The translations under genes and the position numbers were made by a program. The notes beneath the pieces were generated by a model that saw only the letters and a list, made by a program, of their open reading frames with translations, was not told the origin of the DNA and ran no database searches. This document shows positions 30,981 through 47,647 of a DNA stretch of 64,000 bases, in pieces; positions within the stretch are counted from its first letter, which is position 1; every line of letters begins with the position of its first letter. The DNA comes from the human T2T-CHM13v2.0 reference genome, Homo sapiens, in the NCBI RefSeq assembly GCF_009914755.1, contig NC_060926.1; one strand, written 5' to 3'.

Positions 30981-31714
30981 TAAGTTTTTTTAGTGGTCTA
31001 TGCCTTGTTCTTTATTTGTTAGGTCGTTACAGTCTTGGTGAGGAAGGACTGTGGCATTCAGGAAGTTCTGTAGCATTGATAAACACTTGAGGCATGGAGA
31101 AAGCTCAGAGAGTAGACAGAATGCCTGGATTCTTGACTGAGACATTTCCCTCTAGAAATTCACATGCTGAAAACACCCGTAACCTTTAGCATTTATTCAA
31201 ATCTTTGAGAGGATGAAAATGTTTTTAGTATAGTGGAATCTTGAGACCTCTTTGTCAAAGTAACTCATTGAGATGTAAAGAATTGAATAAACTAGCTTCT
31301 TGCTGTCGGTAGTAATAGAGGATATAGAAAGAGGGAAAGATGAGACCCACAAATAATATAGCTCTTATTCTGGCCAACCATTGCAAATAATTTTTTTATA
31401 AATACATGTCTGGAGTATGTATCTGTGTATTTGTGTGTGTGTCTGTGCTTCTTGAAGTGTTTCTGCTGAAAAGTGTCATGGATTTTTTGTTAGTTCATCC
31501 CCACATCATGAATAATTTAATTGGGTGCTTTGTAGTAATTTTTACTGCCTCTGAAATAGAGCTATAATTCTAAAAAAATAAGAATTATTATTATTTATGA
31601 AGCCTTTAGTTTTCCTTCTTCACTTCCTCACTAACACTTCTATACTCTCATGTAATGGGCAAGCTGATAGATATTAAAACTCCTATATTTCAAATATAAA
31701 ATAATATTTCCATC

Positions 31715-32037
31715 CAGTCATCCCTCTGTATTTGTCAGGGATTGATCCCAGGATCCCTGCATATAACAAAATTCAGTTACTTTCAAGTCCCTTAAATAAG
31801 ATGGCATAGTATTTGCATATAACTTATGCACATCTTCACATATACTTGAAACCATTTCTAGATTACTTTTAATGCCTAGTACAATGTATATGATATGTAA
31901 ACAGTTGTCATACTACATTATTTTTATTCATATTATTTGTATTGTTATATTGTTATTTTTATTGTTTTTAATATAGTTTTCACCCACAGTTGGTTGAATC
32001 CATGGATGTTGAACCAGTGGATGTGGAGGGCCAACTG
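31715..32037. mobile_element. MER2 (TcMar-Tigger non-autonomous DNA transposon)
   Basis: TIR-like ends 'cagtcatccctc'/'gagggccaactg' followed by TA; MER2 core 'gtatttgcatataacttatgcacatc'. Confidence 0.85.
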
Positions 32038-32321
32038 TATTTAGTTCTTGGCTTTCATTTTTTATATAGTTTTAGAATCACAAATGTTATTGATGTTGGC
32101 TTATCTTCTCTTTGCTTTAAGCTAATTGCTTGGAATTAATCTTTCTCATAGTATCAATGAACACTCTTCTAAGGCACATTTAAAGTATTAGTTGACTTAA
32201 GCTTATTTTTTACTTTGCTTCCTACTGTCATCAATATTCAGCAAAAGTGTAGTGAAATATGTATGATTTTAGTTATCAAATATCCAATATTCCTTCTTAT
32301 TTTACAGAAAGTCCCCATTGT

Positions 32322-32680
32322 TTGTAGTATTAGCGGATGTATTGTCTTACCTCCCACAACAGAAATCGAAGATGGATGTTTTTTACCTCTCCACTCCCAG
32401 ACAAAGAAGCATTTGATCCTTGCCTAACCAGCCGACCATACATTTGCTTCAAGGCCTTTGAATCTAGAGCACGCACCACAGAGGTGAGTTGATGGCTGAA
32501 ATGTATTTTCTACTGCCACGGAGTCAGACACGGAAGCAGCAGTGAAATCCTGGCTCAACTGCTTTTGTTGCCAAGCTCTAGAATCCCTAGATCCTTATTT
32601 TCCAAGCCTCCCACCAATATTAGGTTCTTATGGTAAATCTCCTTTTTGTCTTACATAGCCAGAGTCGGATTCTGTTGAAA
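32322..32680 (+). mobile_element. Probable LTR33-like ERVL LTR
   Basis: 'ctttgaatctagagc' and 'ccagagtcggattctgttg' motifs; highly diverged. Confidence 0.4.
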
Positions 32681-33249
32681 AGAAAAAAGCAAAAATCCTG
32701 AATAATAAAAGTGTTCTCAAAACTATTATTCTGTGTTCAATAAAAACACTGTCTAATTCATAATACTGCTGCGTAGCTTCATACGTTCATTCACACATTC
32801 ATCTTCACAATTTGATTCTTTCATTTATTATCACTATGATTTGGTATAAAGTACACAGATTTTGCTATCAGGCCAACCTGGGTTCAAATTTCGACTTCAA
32901 CATTTGGTATGTAATCTTGAGTAATATGTGATATAAACAAAAAATCCAGTTCAAAACTAAGTGCATAGAAGAAAGATCAATTAATTCAATATCAGAAAAT
33001 GCATTATTATTAGGTTTGCCTCTAAGCAACTTTGTAATCTTGGGTAAATAAAAAGCTCCAATCTTATTGACCTAATCTAAAAAGAAAACGTTGTTCAGGA
33101 TTATTTTTAAGGCCCTTTCTAGTTCTAAGATTCTATAATTCACACAAAATTCCATTTCACATTTCAAAACTGTGATTGTATTTTTCAATCTCGCCCTGTG
33201 TGTCTATGTGTGTTTGCAGGCACTAGGTATTATATAAAATTAGCCCATT

Positions 33250-33480
33250 CCTTTTTAAACAAAATATTTACTAATTTTTGTTATATATTGATAAATTGTG
33301 ATTGTATATATTAATGGCGTAGAAAATGTTGTTATGATTTTTAATATAATGTGGAATTATTAAATTAAGCTAATGAAGATATCCATCACTTCAAATATTT
33401 AACAGTTTTTGTGATAAGAACATTTGAAGTTTACTCTCTGTGGTATTGAACTGCACAGTACTCAATTATTAGCTCTATTT
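33250..33480 (-). mobile_element. L1MA 3' UTR fragment
   Basis: 'taaattaagctaatgaagatatccatcacttcaaatat...aagaacatttgaa'. Confidence 0.65.
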
Positions 33481-33599
33481 TATGCCAGTCTGTTGGTCCT
33501 AGAAAAGTGTCACTATCATGGCATTTTATGGAAGAAATAATCAGCTTAGCTGGACCATAGACACTGTGTGTTCTGGGTGTGCCAACCACTCCTGACAGA

Positions 33600-33965
33600 G
33601 CTATCCTACTTGCTGCTCTTCTGCCTAGACCTCTCTACATTCCTTTCATTTTGTCCTGACTCAACTTGTCTTTAACGAGTCTTTAATATGTCAGTTTATG
33701 TTTTATTTCCTTTGGTAAACTTTCCTAAACCTCTCTCACCTTCTACTCCTAACCTTGATTGGTTTTCTCATGACAGGCATTTGTCACATGCTCTACTTCT
33801 TCTGTGTAGCATTCATTACAATTGTAACTTAAGAATGATTATTATTATTATTTAGTTAGTCTTCATGATAGCAGAATGTTGGTTTTAATTGTCTCCCTAG
33901 TATCTCACACTGTGCAAAGCCCACAGTGGGTACACAATAGATAATTGTTGAATTTGAGGAATGAA
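33600..33965 (+). mobile_element. LINE-2 3' fragment
   Basis: Ends 'cacagtgggtacacaatagataattgttgaatt..aatgaa', typical of the L2 3' end. Confidence 0.55.
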
Positions 33966-35930
33966 AGTTACTACCAAAATACAAGCCCATGTGTTTGATT
34001 CCAACTTCTGGCTCTCTCTACTCAGCTGTGCTGACCAGATAAAAGGGCTTAAGCTTCAGAACTGTAATGTGCAAAAAAGCCTTTGCAAGATCTGCCATGA
34101 TTTTGGATCACAGTATCTTTCTTTTCCTAATGTCCTGGGAGTCACATGTTTTATTGGTCAGCATCTCAACTTGTAGCTGACTTCACTGTTCATTCAGGGT
34201 CAAGCTCATCCATCTTTTGATGATTTGCATAGGCTCTAATGGCTTTGTTTTGGATAGTTAGTGACAAGATAACTTTTAAGGACATTCTAGGGTTATAAGC
34301 CAACACATGGGAGCGATTCCAGAGTCTATCACTCTAATTAAAGGAATATTTCTCTAAGCGTAAAATTTACAATTTCCAGCCACTGATGGGTAACATTGGC
34401 ACTCAAACTAGAGTTCGTGAATAATGTAAAAATGAAAGCCAGTATAAATCATCCCTCTATGAGAAAATAAATAGCATTGTCAGGCAAATAAAACGTGCAT
34501 TTGTAAGTGATTTAAAGTGCCAAATAATTTGTAAGGTTCTCACCTCTTCATAAACAACTGGAGGGCCTAATACTTTGCAGGTACTTAGTCAATGCTACTG
34601 AATTGTAGATTGACTGAAATAGTTATTCTTAAGAGAGCCATTTCTCTGCTGTATACCTATTATTGATACTCAAGGCTTATAGAAAGAGCATGAATTTAAT
34701 TCAAAACATTGAAAGAGAAGAAGCATACATGTGACTATCAAAGAAACAAAGTTCAAGATACACCAAAAAGTGGTTAAAGATTATTAAACAATTCTAATGT
34801 CCGTGGATAGAATGAAGTACATCCGTGTGACTAAGATGGAGATAGTGAAGTGCCTGGCACACATTATATCTGTGCTGCTTCATTCATTAAAATGCGATGA
34901 ATGAAGGTTCACTTATACTTGGGATGGCTGGAAGGTTCACTGTCAGTGTTCCATATTTCTCTCCACTAAATATAAACAATGATAGTCAAAATGAAGAAAA
35001 ATAGTAATAAAAATACTATCACACCCTAACACGAGATGAACCTTAGTGATGCATAAATGCAGAGCTGAAGTAAGCAACCTGCTTGGCTGCAGGCCTGAAA
35101 CTTGCAAAGACAGCTAGGGTTAGACCATGCTTGGTATTGGGAGTAAAGATACTCACCTCGGAGGAAAGGATAGGTCAAATCTCACTATGTTTATGGCTAG
35201 AGCTCGATTAAGTCAAGAGAAGAATTTGAGTTAGGTCACCAAATGTAATAGTGCCAATATTCCATCTTCTGGCTCTTTGTTGATGTCTCTCTGACACCTT
35301 TTTGCTGTTGTATTCTTACACTTTACTCTCTTTCTCACAGTTCTTTCTCTCACTGTGCCAGTCTTTTCCCCATGTCTATCTCCCTTTTTCTCTTTCTCAC
35401 AAAATTTCTCACATTTGCTAAAAGAAACACTAAGAAAACACTGCTAAGAAAATATTTGCTAGAGAAAAACACTATTATCTGACCCAGGAAAATTGAAATT
35501 AGAACTGACAGCAAAATAATACATCAGAATTGATAAATAGAAACAATTTATTTTGGTCAAAAAACTGATTAATAAATTAAATTTTAATTAGCAATGTAAT
35601 TAAGAAAGCAATAGTACCAATAAGAAAATCAGCAAAATAAAAATAAATTGACATATTTTCACTGTGGTATACAGAAAATCAATCAATGGAATAAAATGGA
35701 ATAAAGGAATCTTTTGGGGAGGAGGAGCCAAGATGGCCAAATAGGAACAGCTCCGGTCTACAGCTCCCAGTGTGAGCGACGCAGAAGACGGTGATTTCTG
35801 CATTTCCATCTGAGGTACCGGGTTTATCTCACTAGGGAGTGCCAGAGAGTGGGTGCAGGTCATTGGGTGTGCGCACCGTGCACGAGCTGAAGCAGGGCGA
35901 GGCATTGCCTCACTAGGGAAGCGCAAGGGG

Positions 35931-36161
35931 TCAGGGAGTTCCCTTTCCCAAAGAAAGGGGTGACGGCACCTGGAAAATCGGGTCACTCCCACCCGAATAC
36001 TGCGCTTTTCTGACGGGCTTAAAAAAACGGTGCACCACGAGATTATGTCCCGCACCTGGCTCGGAGGGTCCTACGCCCACGGAGTCTCGCTGATTGCTAG
36101 CACAGCAGTCTGAGATCAAACTGCAAGGCAGCAGCGAGGCTGGGGGAGGGGCGCCCGCCAT
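35931..36161 (-). pseudogene. L1 antisense ORF0, frameshifted variant (76 aa)
   Basis: MAGAPPPASLLPCSLISDCCASNQRDSVGVGPSEPG is the ORF0 N-terminus; the frame changes in the A7 run near 36021-36027. Confidence 0.75.
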
Positions 36162-36612
36162 TGCCCAGGCTTGCTTAGGTAAACAAAGCAGCCAGGAAGC
36201 TCCAACTGGGTGGAGCCCACCACAGCTCAAGGAGGCCTGCCTGCCTCTGTAGGCTACACCTCTGGGGACAGGGCACAGAGAAACAAAAAGACAACAGTAA
36301 CCTCTGCAGACTTAAATGTCCCTGTCTGACAGCTTTGAAGAGAGCAGTGGTTCTCCCAGCATGCAGTTGGAGATCTGAGAACGGGCAGACTGCCTCCTCA
36401 AGTGGGTCCCTGACACCTGACCCCCGAGCAGCCTAACTGGGAGGCACCCCCCAGAAGGGGCACACTGAAACCTCACATGGCAGGGTATTCCAACAGACCT
36501 GCAGCTGAGGGTCCTCTCTGTTAGAAGGAAAACTAACAAACAGGACATCCACACCAAAAACCCACCTGTACATCACCATCATCAAAGACCAAAAGTAGAT
36601 AAAACCACAAAA

Positions 36613-37628
36613 ATGGGGAAAAAACAGAACAGAAAAACTGGAAACTCTAAAAAGCAGAGTGCCTCTCCTCCTCCAAAGGAACGCAGTTCCTCACCAGCAA
36701 CAGAACAAAGCTGGATGGAGAATGACTTTGACGAGCTGAGAGAAGAAGGCTTCAGACGATCAAATTACTCTGAGCTATGGGAGGACATTCAAACCAAAGG
36801 CAAAGAAGTTGAAAACTTTGAAAAAATTTAGAAGAATGTATAACTAGAATAACCAATACAGAGAAGTGCTTAAAGGAGCTGATGGAGCTGAAAACCAAGG
36901 CTCGAGAACTACGTGAAGAATGCAGAAGCCTCAGGAGCCGATGCGATCAACTGGAAGAAAGGGTATCAGCGATTGAAGATGAAATGAATGAAATGAAGTG
37001 AGAAGGGAAGTTTAGAGAAAAAAGAATAAAAAGAAATGAGCAAAGCCTCCAAGAAATATGGGACTATGTGAAAAGACCAAATCTACATCTGATTGGGGTA
37101 CCTGAAAGCGATGGGGAGAATGGAACCAAGTTGGAAAACACTCTGCAGGATATTATCCAGGAGAACTTCCGCAATCTAGCAAGGCAGGCCAACGTTCAGA
37201 TTCAGGAAATACAGAGAATGCCACAAAGATACTCCTCGAGAAGAGCAACTCCAAGACACATAATTGTCAGATTCACCAAAGTTGAAATGAAGGAAAAAAT
37301 GTTAAGGGCAGCCAGAGAGAAAGGTTGGGTTACCCTCAAAGGGAAGCCCATCAGACTAACAGCAGATCTCTCGGCAGAAATCCTACAAGCCAGAAGAGAG
37401 TGGGGGCCAATATTCAACATTCTTAAAGAAAAGAATTTTCAACCCAGAATTTCATATCCAGCCAAACTAAGCTTCATAAGCGAAGGAGAAATAAAATACT
37501 TTACAGACAAGCAAATGCTGAGAGATTTTGTCACCACCAGGCCTGCCCTAAAAGAGCTCCTGAAGGAAGCACTAAACATGGAAAGGAACAACCGGTACCA
37601 GCCGCTGCAAAATCATGCCAAAATGTAA
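36613..37628 (+). pseudogene. L1 ORF1p, disrupted
   Basis: MGKKQNRK...NHAKM; -1 frameshift near 36821-36827 and CGA>TGA at 36999-37001. Confidence 0.93.
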
Positions 37629-37691
37629 AGACCATCGAGATTAGGAAGAAACTGCATCAACTAACGAGCAAAATAACCAGTTAACATCATG

Positions 37692-41518
<3,827 letters not shown>

Positions 41519-41796
41519 ACAATGAAATCACATGGACACAGGAAGGGGAATATCACACTCGGGACTGTTGTGGGGTGGGGGGAGGGGGGAGGGATAGCAT
41601 TGGGAGATATACCTAATGCTAGATGACGAGTTGGTGGGTGCAGCGCATCAGCATGGCACATGTATACATATGTAACTAACCTGCACAATGTGCACATGTA
41701 CCCTAAAACGTTAATAAAAATAAAAAATAAAAAAAGGAATCTTTTGTAGAAAAAAAACTTTCTCGATGACATTTATTAGCAATTACATTATTTTGA

Positions 41797-42138
41797 ATTT
41801 TTTTTCTTTTTTCCTTTTTTTTGAGACAGAGTCTCACTCTGTCACCTAGACATCTAGAATGTAGTGGTGCGATCTCAGCTCACTGCAACCTCCGTCTCCT
41901 AGGTTCAAGGGATCACTGCAACCTCCGTCTCCTAGGTTCAAGGGATCCTGCCACTTCAGCCCCCAGACTAGCTGGGACTATGGCACTACAGGCACATGCC
42001 AACATGCCTGGCTAATTTTTGTATTTTTAGTAAAGACAGGGTTTTACCATGTTGTCCAGGCTGGTCTTGAACTCCTGGTCTCAAGTGGTCAGCCTCCCAA
42101 AGTGCCAGGATTACAGGTGTGAGCCACTGTGCCTGGCC
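41797..42138 (-). mobile_element. Old Alu (J/S) with internal 33-bp tandem duplication
   Basis: Antisense Alu; duplicated unit 41881-41913/41914-41946. Confidence 0.85.
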
Positions 42139-42574
42139 TTATATTATTTGAAATGTTTCGTTCAAACTAGTCTCTGAGTTAAACATTTGCAGCATCCAAA
42201 TTCATCAAAATTATTCTAAACTTATTTTAGAAGTCACTCTAAATGATCTCTGAAACCGTTTTTATTTCTAACGCCTTGAGTTTTTCTATTTCTCACTATT
42301 TCAATAAAAAGCTTCTCATGAGATATAAAGGAAACACTCCTTGGTAGATCAGTACATTTTATAAGCTAAGACATTTTTAAACTTTCACAGCTCAGCGGTG
42401 GGGGACTTGAACACAGCCTGATCTTCAAGGAAATCAGGAACATACGGGATTTTACAGTGATGTTTGCAAACTTAGGTTGCCATAGATTCAACAAAAAATT
42501 GTCTATAAAACAGAAAGTAGCTTATTATAGAAAGAAAAAAAAAAGGTTAGCTAACTTCATCCCTATTTGGAACA

Positions 42575-42577
<3 letters not shown>

Positions 42578-42639
<62 letters not shown>
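42578..42639. repeat. Pure (AT)31 microsatellite
   Basis: Direct reading. Confidence 0.95.
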
Positions 42640-42643
<4 letters not shown>

Positions 42644-43001
42644 CCGATCACAGTTGTCGCTTATTTTATCTGAAAATGTTCACCCCCAGTAGAGTAAATG
42701 AGAGTGTTTCAGCCTTATAAAGATGCAAAGCTGTTCATGCTAGCATTAGTTTTCCCTGCTGGGGAGATCCAAGGTGCATGATTCAGTCAAACCATCACCA
42801 AGACCCAGCTATGATTATGATTATGTAGAAGAAACACATGCCTGGGAGGTCTCGGTTCTTCTCACGTATTTACAGAAAGCAAAAACTGTTCCTTTCAAAT
42901 GAGTAACTGCGTAGACATTGTGCTGTTTCTTGGAAAAAACAGAAATAGACTTACCTGGAGATAAATGCCAGTCATTTTTTGCACTCCATGCCAAAAGTTA
43001 A

Positions 43002-43453
43002 TGTATTAGTCAGGGTTCTCTAGAGGGACAGAATTAATAGGATAGATGTATATATAAAGAGGAGTTTATTAAGGAGAATTAACTCACATGATCACAAGGT
43101 AAGGTCCCACAATAGGCCATCTGACAAGATGAGGAGCAAGGAAGCCAGTCTGAGTCTCAAAGCTGAAGACCTTGGAGTCCGATGTTCAAGGGTCAGAAAC
43201 ATCCAGCATGGGAGAAAGATGTAGGCTTGGAGACTAAGCCAGTCTAGTGTTTTCACGTTTTCTGCCTGCTTTTATTCTGGCCATACTAGCATCTGATTAG
43301 ATTGTGCCCACCCAGACTGAGGGTGGATTGGCCTTTCCCAGTCCACTGACACAAATGTTAATATCCTTTGGCGACACCCTCACAGACACACCCAGGAACA
43401 ATACTTTGCCTCCTTCAGTCCAATCAAGTTGACACTCAGTGTTAACCATCACA
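43002..43453 (-). mobile_element. MLT2A1/A2 solo LTR (HERV-L)
   Basis: 'tgtattagtcagggttctctagagggacagaa' ... 'gttaaccatcaca'; 5-bp TSD GTTAA. Confidence 0.92.
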
Positions 43454-43495
43454 GTTAATGTATAGGGAAGAAACAACTCAAAACATCTTCTTCTT

Positions 43496-43817
43496 CTTTT
43501 TTTTTTTTTTTTTTTTTTTTTTGTGACAGAGTCTCACTCTAGTCATCCAGTCTGGAGTGCAGTGGCATGATCTCAGCTCACTGCAACCTCCGCCTCCGGG
43601 GTTTAACAGGGTTTAAGCAATTCTCCTGCCTCAGCCTCCTGAGTAGCTGGGATTACAGGCGCCCGCCACCATGCCCGGCTAATTTTTGTACTTTTAGTAG
43701 AGATGGGGTTTTGCCATGTTGGCCAGGCTAGTCTCGAACTCCTGACCTCAGGTAATCCGCCCACCTCAGCCTCCCAAAGTGCTGGGACTACATGCGTGAG
43801 CCACTGTGCCCGAACCC
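43496..43817 (-). mobile_element. AluS (Sx/Sz-like)
   Basis: Antisense Alu; TSD AAAACATCTT. Confidence 0.9.
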
Positions 43818-44696
43818 AAAACATCTTTTTTTATACTTCAGACAAAAAAAAAAAAAAAAAAAACCAGCATTGCTGAAAATGAGTATGTATGTTCTAAGGC
43901 ATTACTCCTTTGGAATGCCTGTCTAGTCTTGCTAACCCACCCCTCTTCATGGGAGTCTCTTTTTACCCATATTTCCCTCCTATATCCAACAAGTATCAAT
44001 ATATGTAACCTGAATCCTTTTTTTGTACACACTTAAAAGGAAACTTCTGGATAAACATACCTTGTCCAAGGTTGTTACTATGGAAGTTGTTACTTAGACA
44101 AGGATTGTATTTATAGTAGTTTTATGCTTGTAAGCAAGGTCTTTATACGCTCATGATGGGCCAGAACATCTCAATATGGCGAGATATTTTCATACAGTGA
44201 AGCATTATTATAAGGAATATTAAATCAACTGTGATAGTAGGTATATAGATGAATAAGAATGAACCTTCCAGAAAGGATTAGTGGATGTCTTCATGTATTT
44301 GGATAACTAGCTCATCCACATAAATAAGTATTTAGTTTAAAAGCAAAAGTTTGTATCATTGGACATACTTGAAAAAGAAACAGAGTTCATATCCTTGTTA
44401 TCTTCGCATCTTCTGTAAATAGAAATCATCTTGACTTCAAGCACATTAGAATTCTCAGTATTTGTTATCTGGCTAGAAGATTTATCAGCCATGACTACAT
44501 CTGGTTTCAAGAAACAGAAAACCTGAAAAACTATCGCCTAAACAAGCAGCAGGTTTGTTTTATTCCTCTCAAAGAAAAAGGTCCAGAAAGAGGTGGTCCA
44601 GGGCTGGTTTGCTGGTTCCACGACAGGACCTAAATGTCTTCTATTGTGTTTTGCTGCTGCACTGGCCTTAGTAGGAGCTTTCAGCTTTATGCTCAC

Positions 44697-45293
44697 ATCA
44701 ACCAAAATTAAGGCTGTTGAGGCAGAAATATTTTGATAAAGGTTTATTGGAAGCCAAATGTGAGAATCAACCCTGGAAGACACACCAACAAAAATGAGTA
44801 TGTTCCAGAGTCTGTTGCAAGTTGGGAGGCTTTTATGAAAAGTTTAGAGAAAAGGAAGTGGAATCCTCAAACTGGAGTTGTCCTTTTCACTGGAGAGTAT
44901 AATACAAAGGTTACAATCCTAGGCTACAGATTACAACAAACACGCTAAAATGTTTTACATTTAAATTAAATGCAAAACAATCAGTAAAACTTCATGAATC
45001 AGAAAAACTTCATGATTCAGAAATAGTCAGAAATAAGTCAGTCTCCTTTTCAATGTCAGTAAGTTACGTCTTAATCGATATGTCAAAAGTTTGAGGAACT
45101 CAAGATAATATTTGAGGAATTCGCTTATGATCTTTACTCAGGAATAGGATGTAAGCCAGGAATCATGAAACCTCCCCTGGGCAAGTCATATTCATATATA
45201 GATGACTAGTGGGTGGGTGGCAGGCTGGAGAGGCACACTCTTACACTAGGCAAGTGAATTTAGAAGCCTGCCAAATGTGACCTGTAGATTATC
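44697..45293 (-). mobile_element. ERV1 LTR (MER89-like), probably nested in an old MLT1 LTR (~44450-45560)
   Basis: Ends 'cctgccaaatgtgacctgtagattatca'; MLT1-like flanks ('gctcaca' | 'aaatggcagcaacaactc') rejoin across it. Confidence 0.5.
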
Positions 45294-46419
45294 ACTCACA
45301 AAATGGCAGCAACAACTCTAAGTATCATTATCATGTTCCAGGCAGGAGGAAGGCTAAAAGAAAAGGATAAGGAGAAATGAGATATATGCCAAGTGATTTC
45401 TCATCTTTATCTGGAATGCAATAGCTTTCCCAAAGGCTCTAACCACTAATTCCATTTATATTTCACCTTCCAGAATGGGATCTCATGGCCAACCCTTGCT
45501 GTAGGACAGCATCTAGAAAAATCATGATTGTATTCATACATATTACCTTTTCCCAAATGAAAGAAGAGTAGAATGGCTATAGGGAAGGCAATTATCAGTA
45601 ACCTTTGGAGAGAGAAGGAACTTTCTATATATATAGATGACTAGTGGGTGGGTGGCAGTCTGGAGAAGCACACTCTTACACTGCAGAGAAGACGTTTCAT
45701 TGTCTGGTCTTAGGAGCTTAAATTTACCCACCTTTCACAAAAGAGGTCATTTTGTGTGACTGTTGTCACAAGTACTTCCCTGTACCTGTTTCTCCTTGTT
45801 CACCTAGAAAATTATTTTTCATCAACATTCAGATGAGATGTCATCACATCCACATGGAAACCTTATCCTGCTCCATCAGAAAAAATTTGTTGAATGTACT
45901 AGAAATTGAGTTCACTGAAGGCAATAGCTCCATCTTCTTTGTATTTTCAACCCTTAGACTAATGCCTTGGTGGCTTACTTAATTTATCTACCATGTGTGG
46001 ACTGCAGATATTACACATTTCCAGTTAAGGTGTATGAATGATTGGCTATCTCACATAATTTCTAGGGCTAATTATAAAAAGGGTCCAAATATTTTTTGCT
46101 AGTTTTGGAACAGTTCAAATACACGGAAGAGTGAGAACCTGTGCTTTGGTGTTGTAAACCATAAAGCAAAATACACAAAATCAAATGTCCTTTTGGATAA
46201 TGAGACCTAATCAAATGTACAGAGAGATTGAGTCCTAGCAATAGGTTAACCAGTGGGTACATGTCACTCCTAAGGACATTCCAATGTGAAATATTTACCT
46301 ATTTTGCTGGCCAAGGAAGACTCATTTTTGCTTGAATTTGATCAATGGGCCAATAGTTTAAACATTTGGCAAAAGACATTACATTAAAAAATATTGGCCA
46401 AAAATTATAAAATATTTCA

Positions 46420-47305
46420 ACAATATTGATTTATATATTTCTAATTGATAAATAATATTTGTGTATATATTATGAGGTACAATGTAATGTCTTGATCTCT
46501 GTGTGAAAGAGCACATTAAGCTAATTAACATATCCATCACTTCATCTAGTTATCCTTTTTTTTGTATGTGGTAGAATGCAAAAAATCAATTCTGTCAGCA
46601 ATTTTGAAACACACACTAACTTATAATTAACTGTGGTCACCATACAGTGCAATAGATACTAAAACATTTCTCCTGTCTAACAGAAGCTGATCAATATCTC
46701 CTTTTTCCCCCATGCATCCCGAAAACCCTCAGCCTCTGGTAAAATCCTTTCTATTCTCTCTTTCTATGAGATTGACTTTTTAGATTCCACATATGAGATT
46801 TTATAGTATTTGTCGATAAGATTTAGCTGCGTCCCCACCCAAATCTCATTTTGAATTGTAGCTCCCATAATCCCCATATGTTGTGGGAGGTAATCAGTGG
46901 GAAGTAATTGAATCATGGGGATGGGTTTTTCCCATGCTGTTTTTGTGATAGTGAATAAATCTCAGGAGAACTGATGGTTTTATAAAGGGAAGTTCCCTTG
47001 CACATGCTCTTCTTGCCTGCCACCATGTAAGAGGTGCCTTTGCTCCTCCTTTGCCTTTCACCATGATTGTGAGGTCTCATGTGGAACTGTGAATCCATTA
47101 GACCTATTTTTCTTTATAAATTACCCAGTCTCGGGTATTTCTTCATAGCAGTATGAAAATGGACTAATATGCTTGTCTTTCTGTACCTGGCTTATTTAAC
47201 TTAGCATAATGTCCTCCAGGTCCATCCATGTTGTTGCAAATGATAGCATTTTCTGCCTTTTTAGGGCTTCATTGTGTGGTACACACTTTTTCTTTATATA
47301 TCCAT
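46420..47305 (-). mobile_element. L1MA 3' end (antisense), split by a THE1 LTR
   Basis: 'attaagctaattaacatatccatcac', 'tttagattccacatat', 'tccatccatgttgttgcaaatg'. Confidence 0.8.
46814..47171 (+). mobile_element. THE1C-type solo LTR
   Basis: 'gtccccacccaaatctcattttgaattgtagctccc' ... 'gaaaatggactaata'; TSD about (t/c)TTGT. Confidence 0.88.
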
Positions 47306-47637
<332 letters not shown>

Positions 47638-47647
47638 TGCAATCCCA

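Noticed and set aside
30160-35700. Possible host exons in less repetitive stretches (also 18.2-19.3 kb and 55.3-56.4 kb)
   Set aside because: Isolated splice-like motifs only; no recognisable protein similarity. lncRNA exons cannot be excluded from sequence alone.
42457-42720. ORF with poly(IY)
   Set aside because: Translation of the (AT)n microsatellite.
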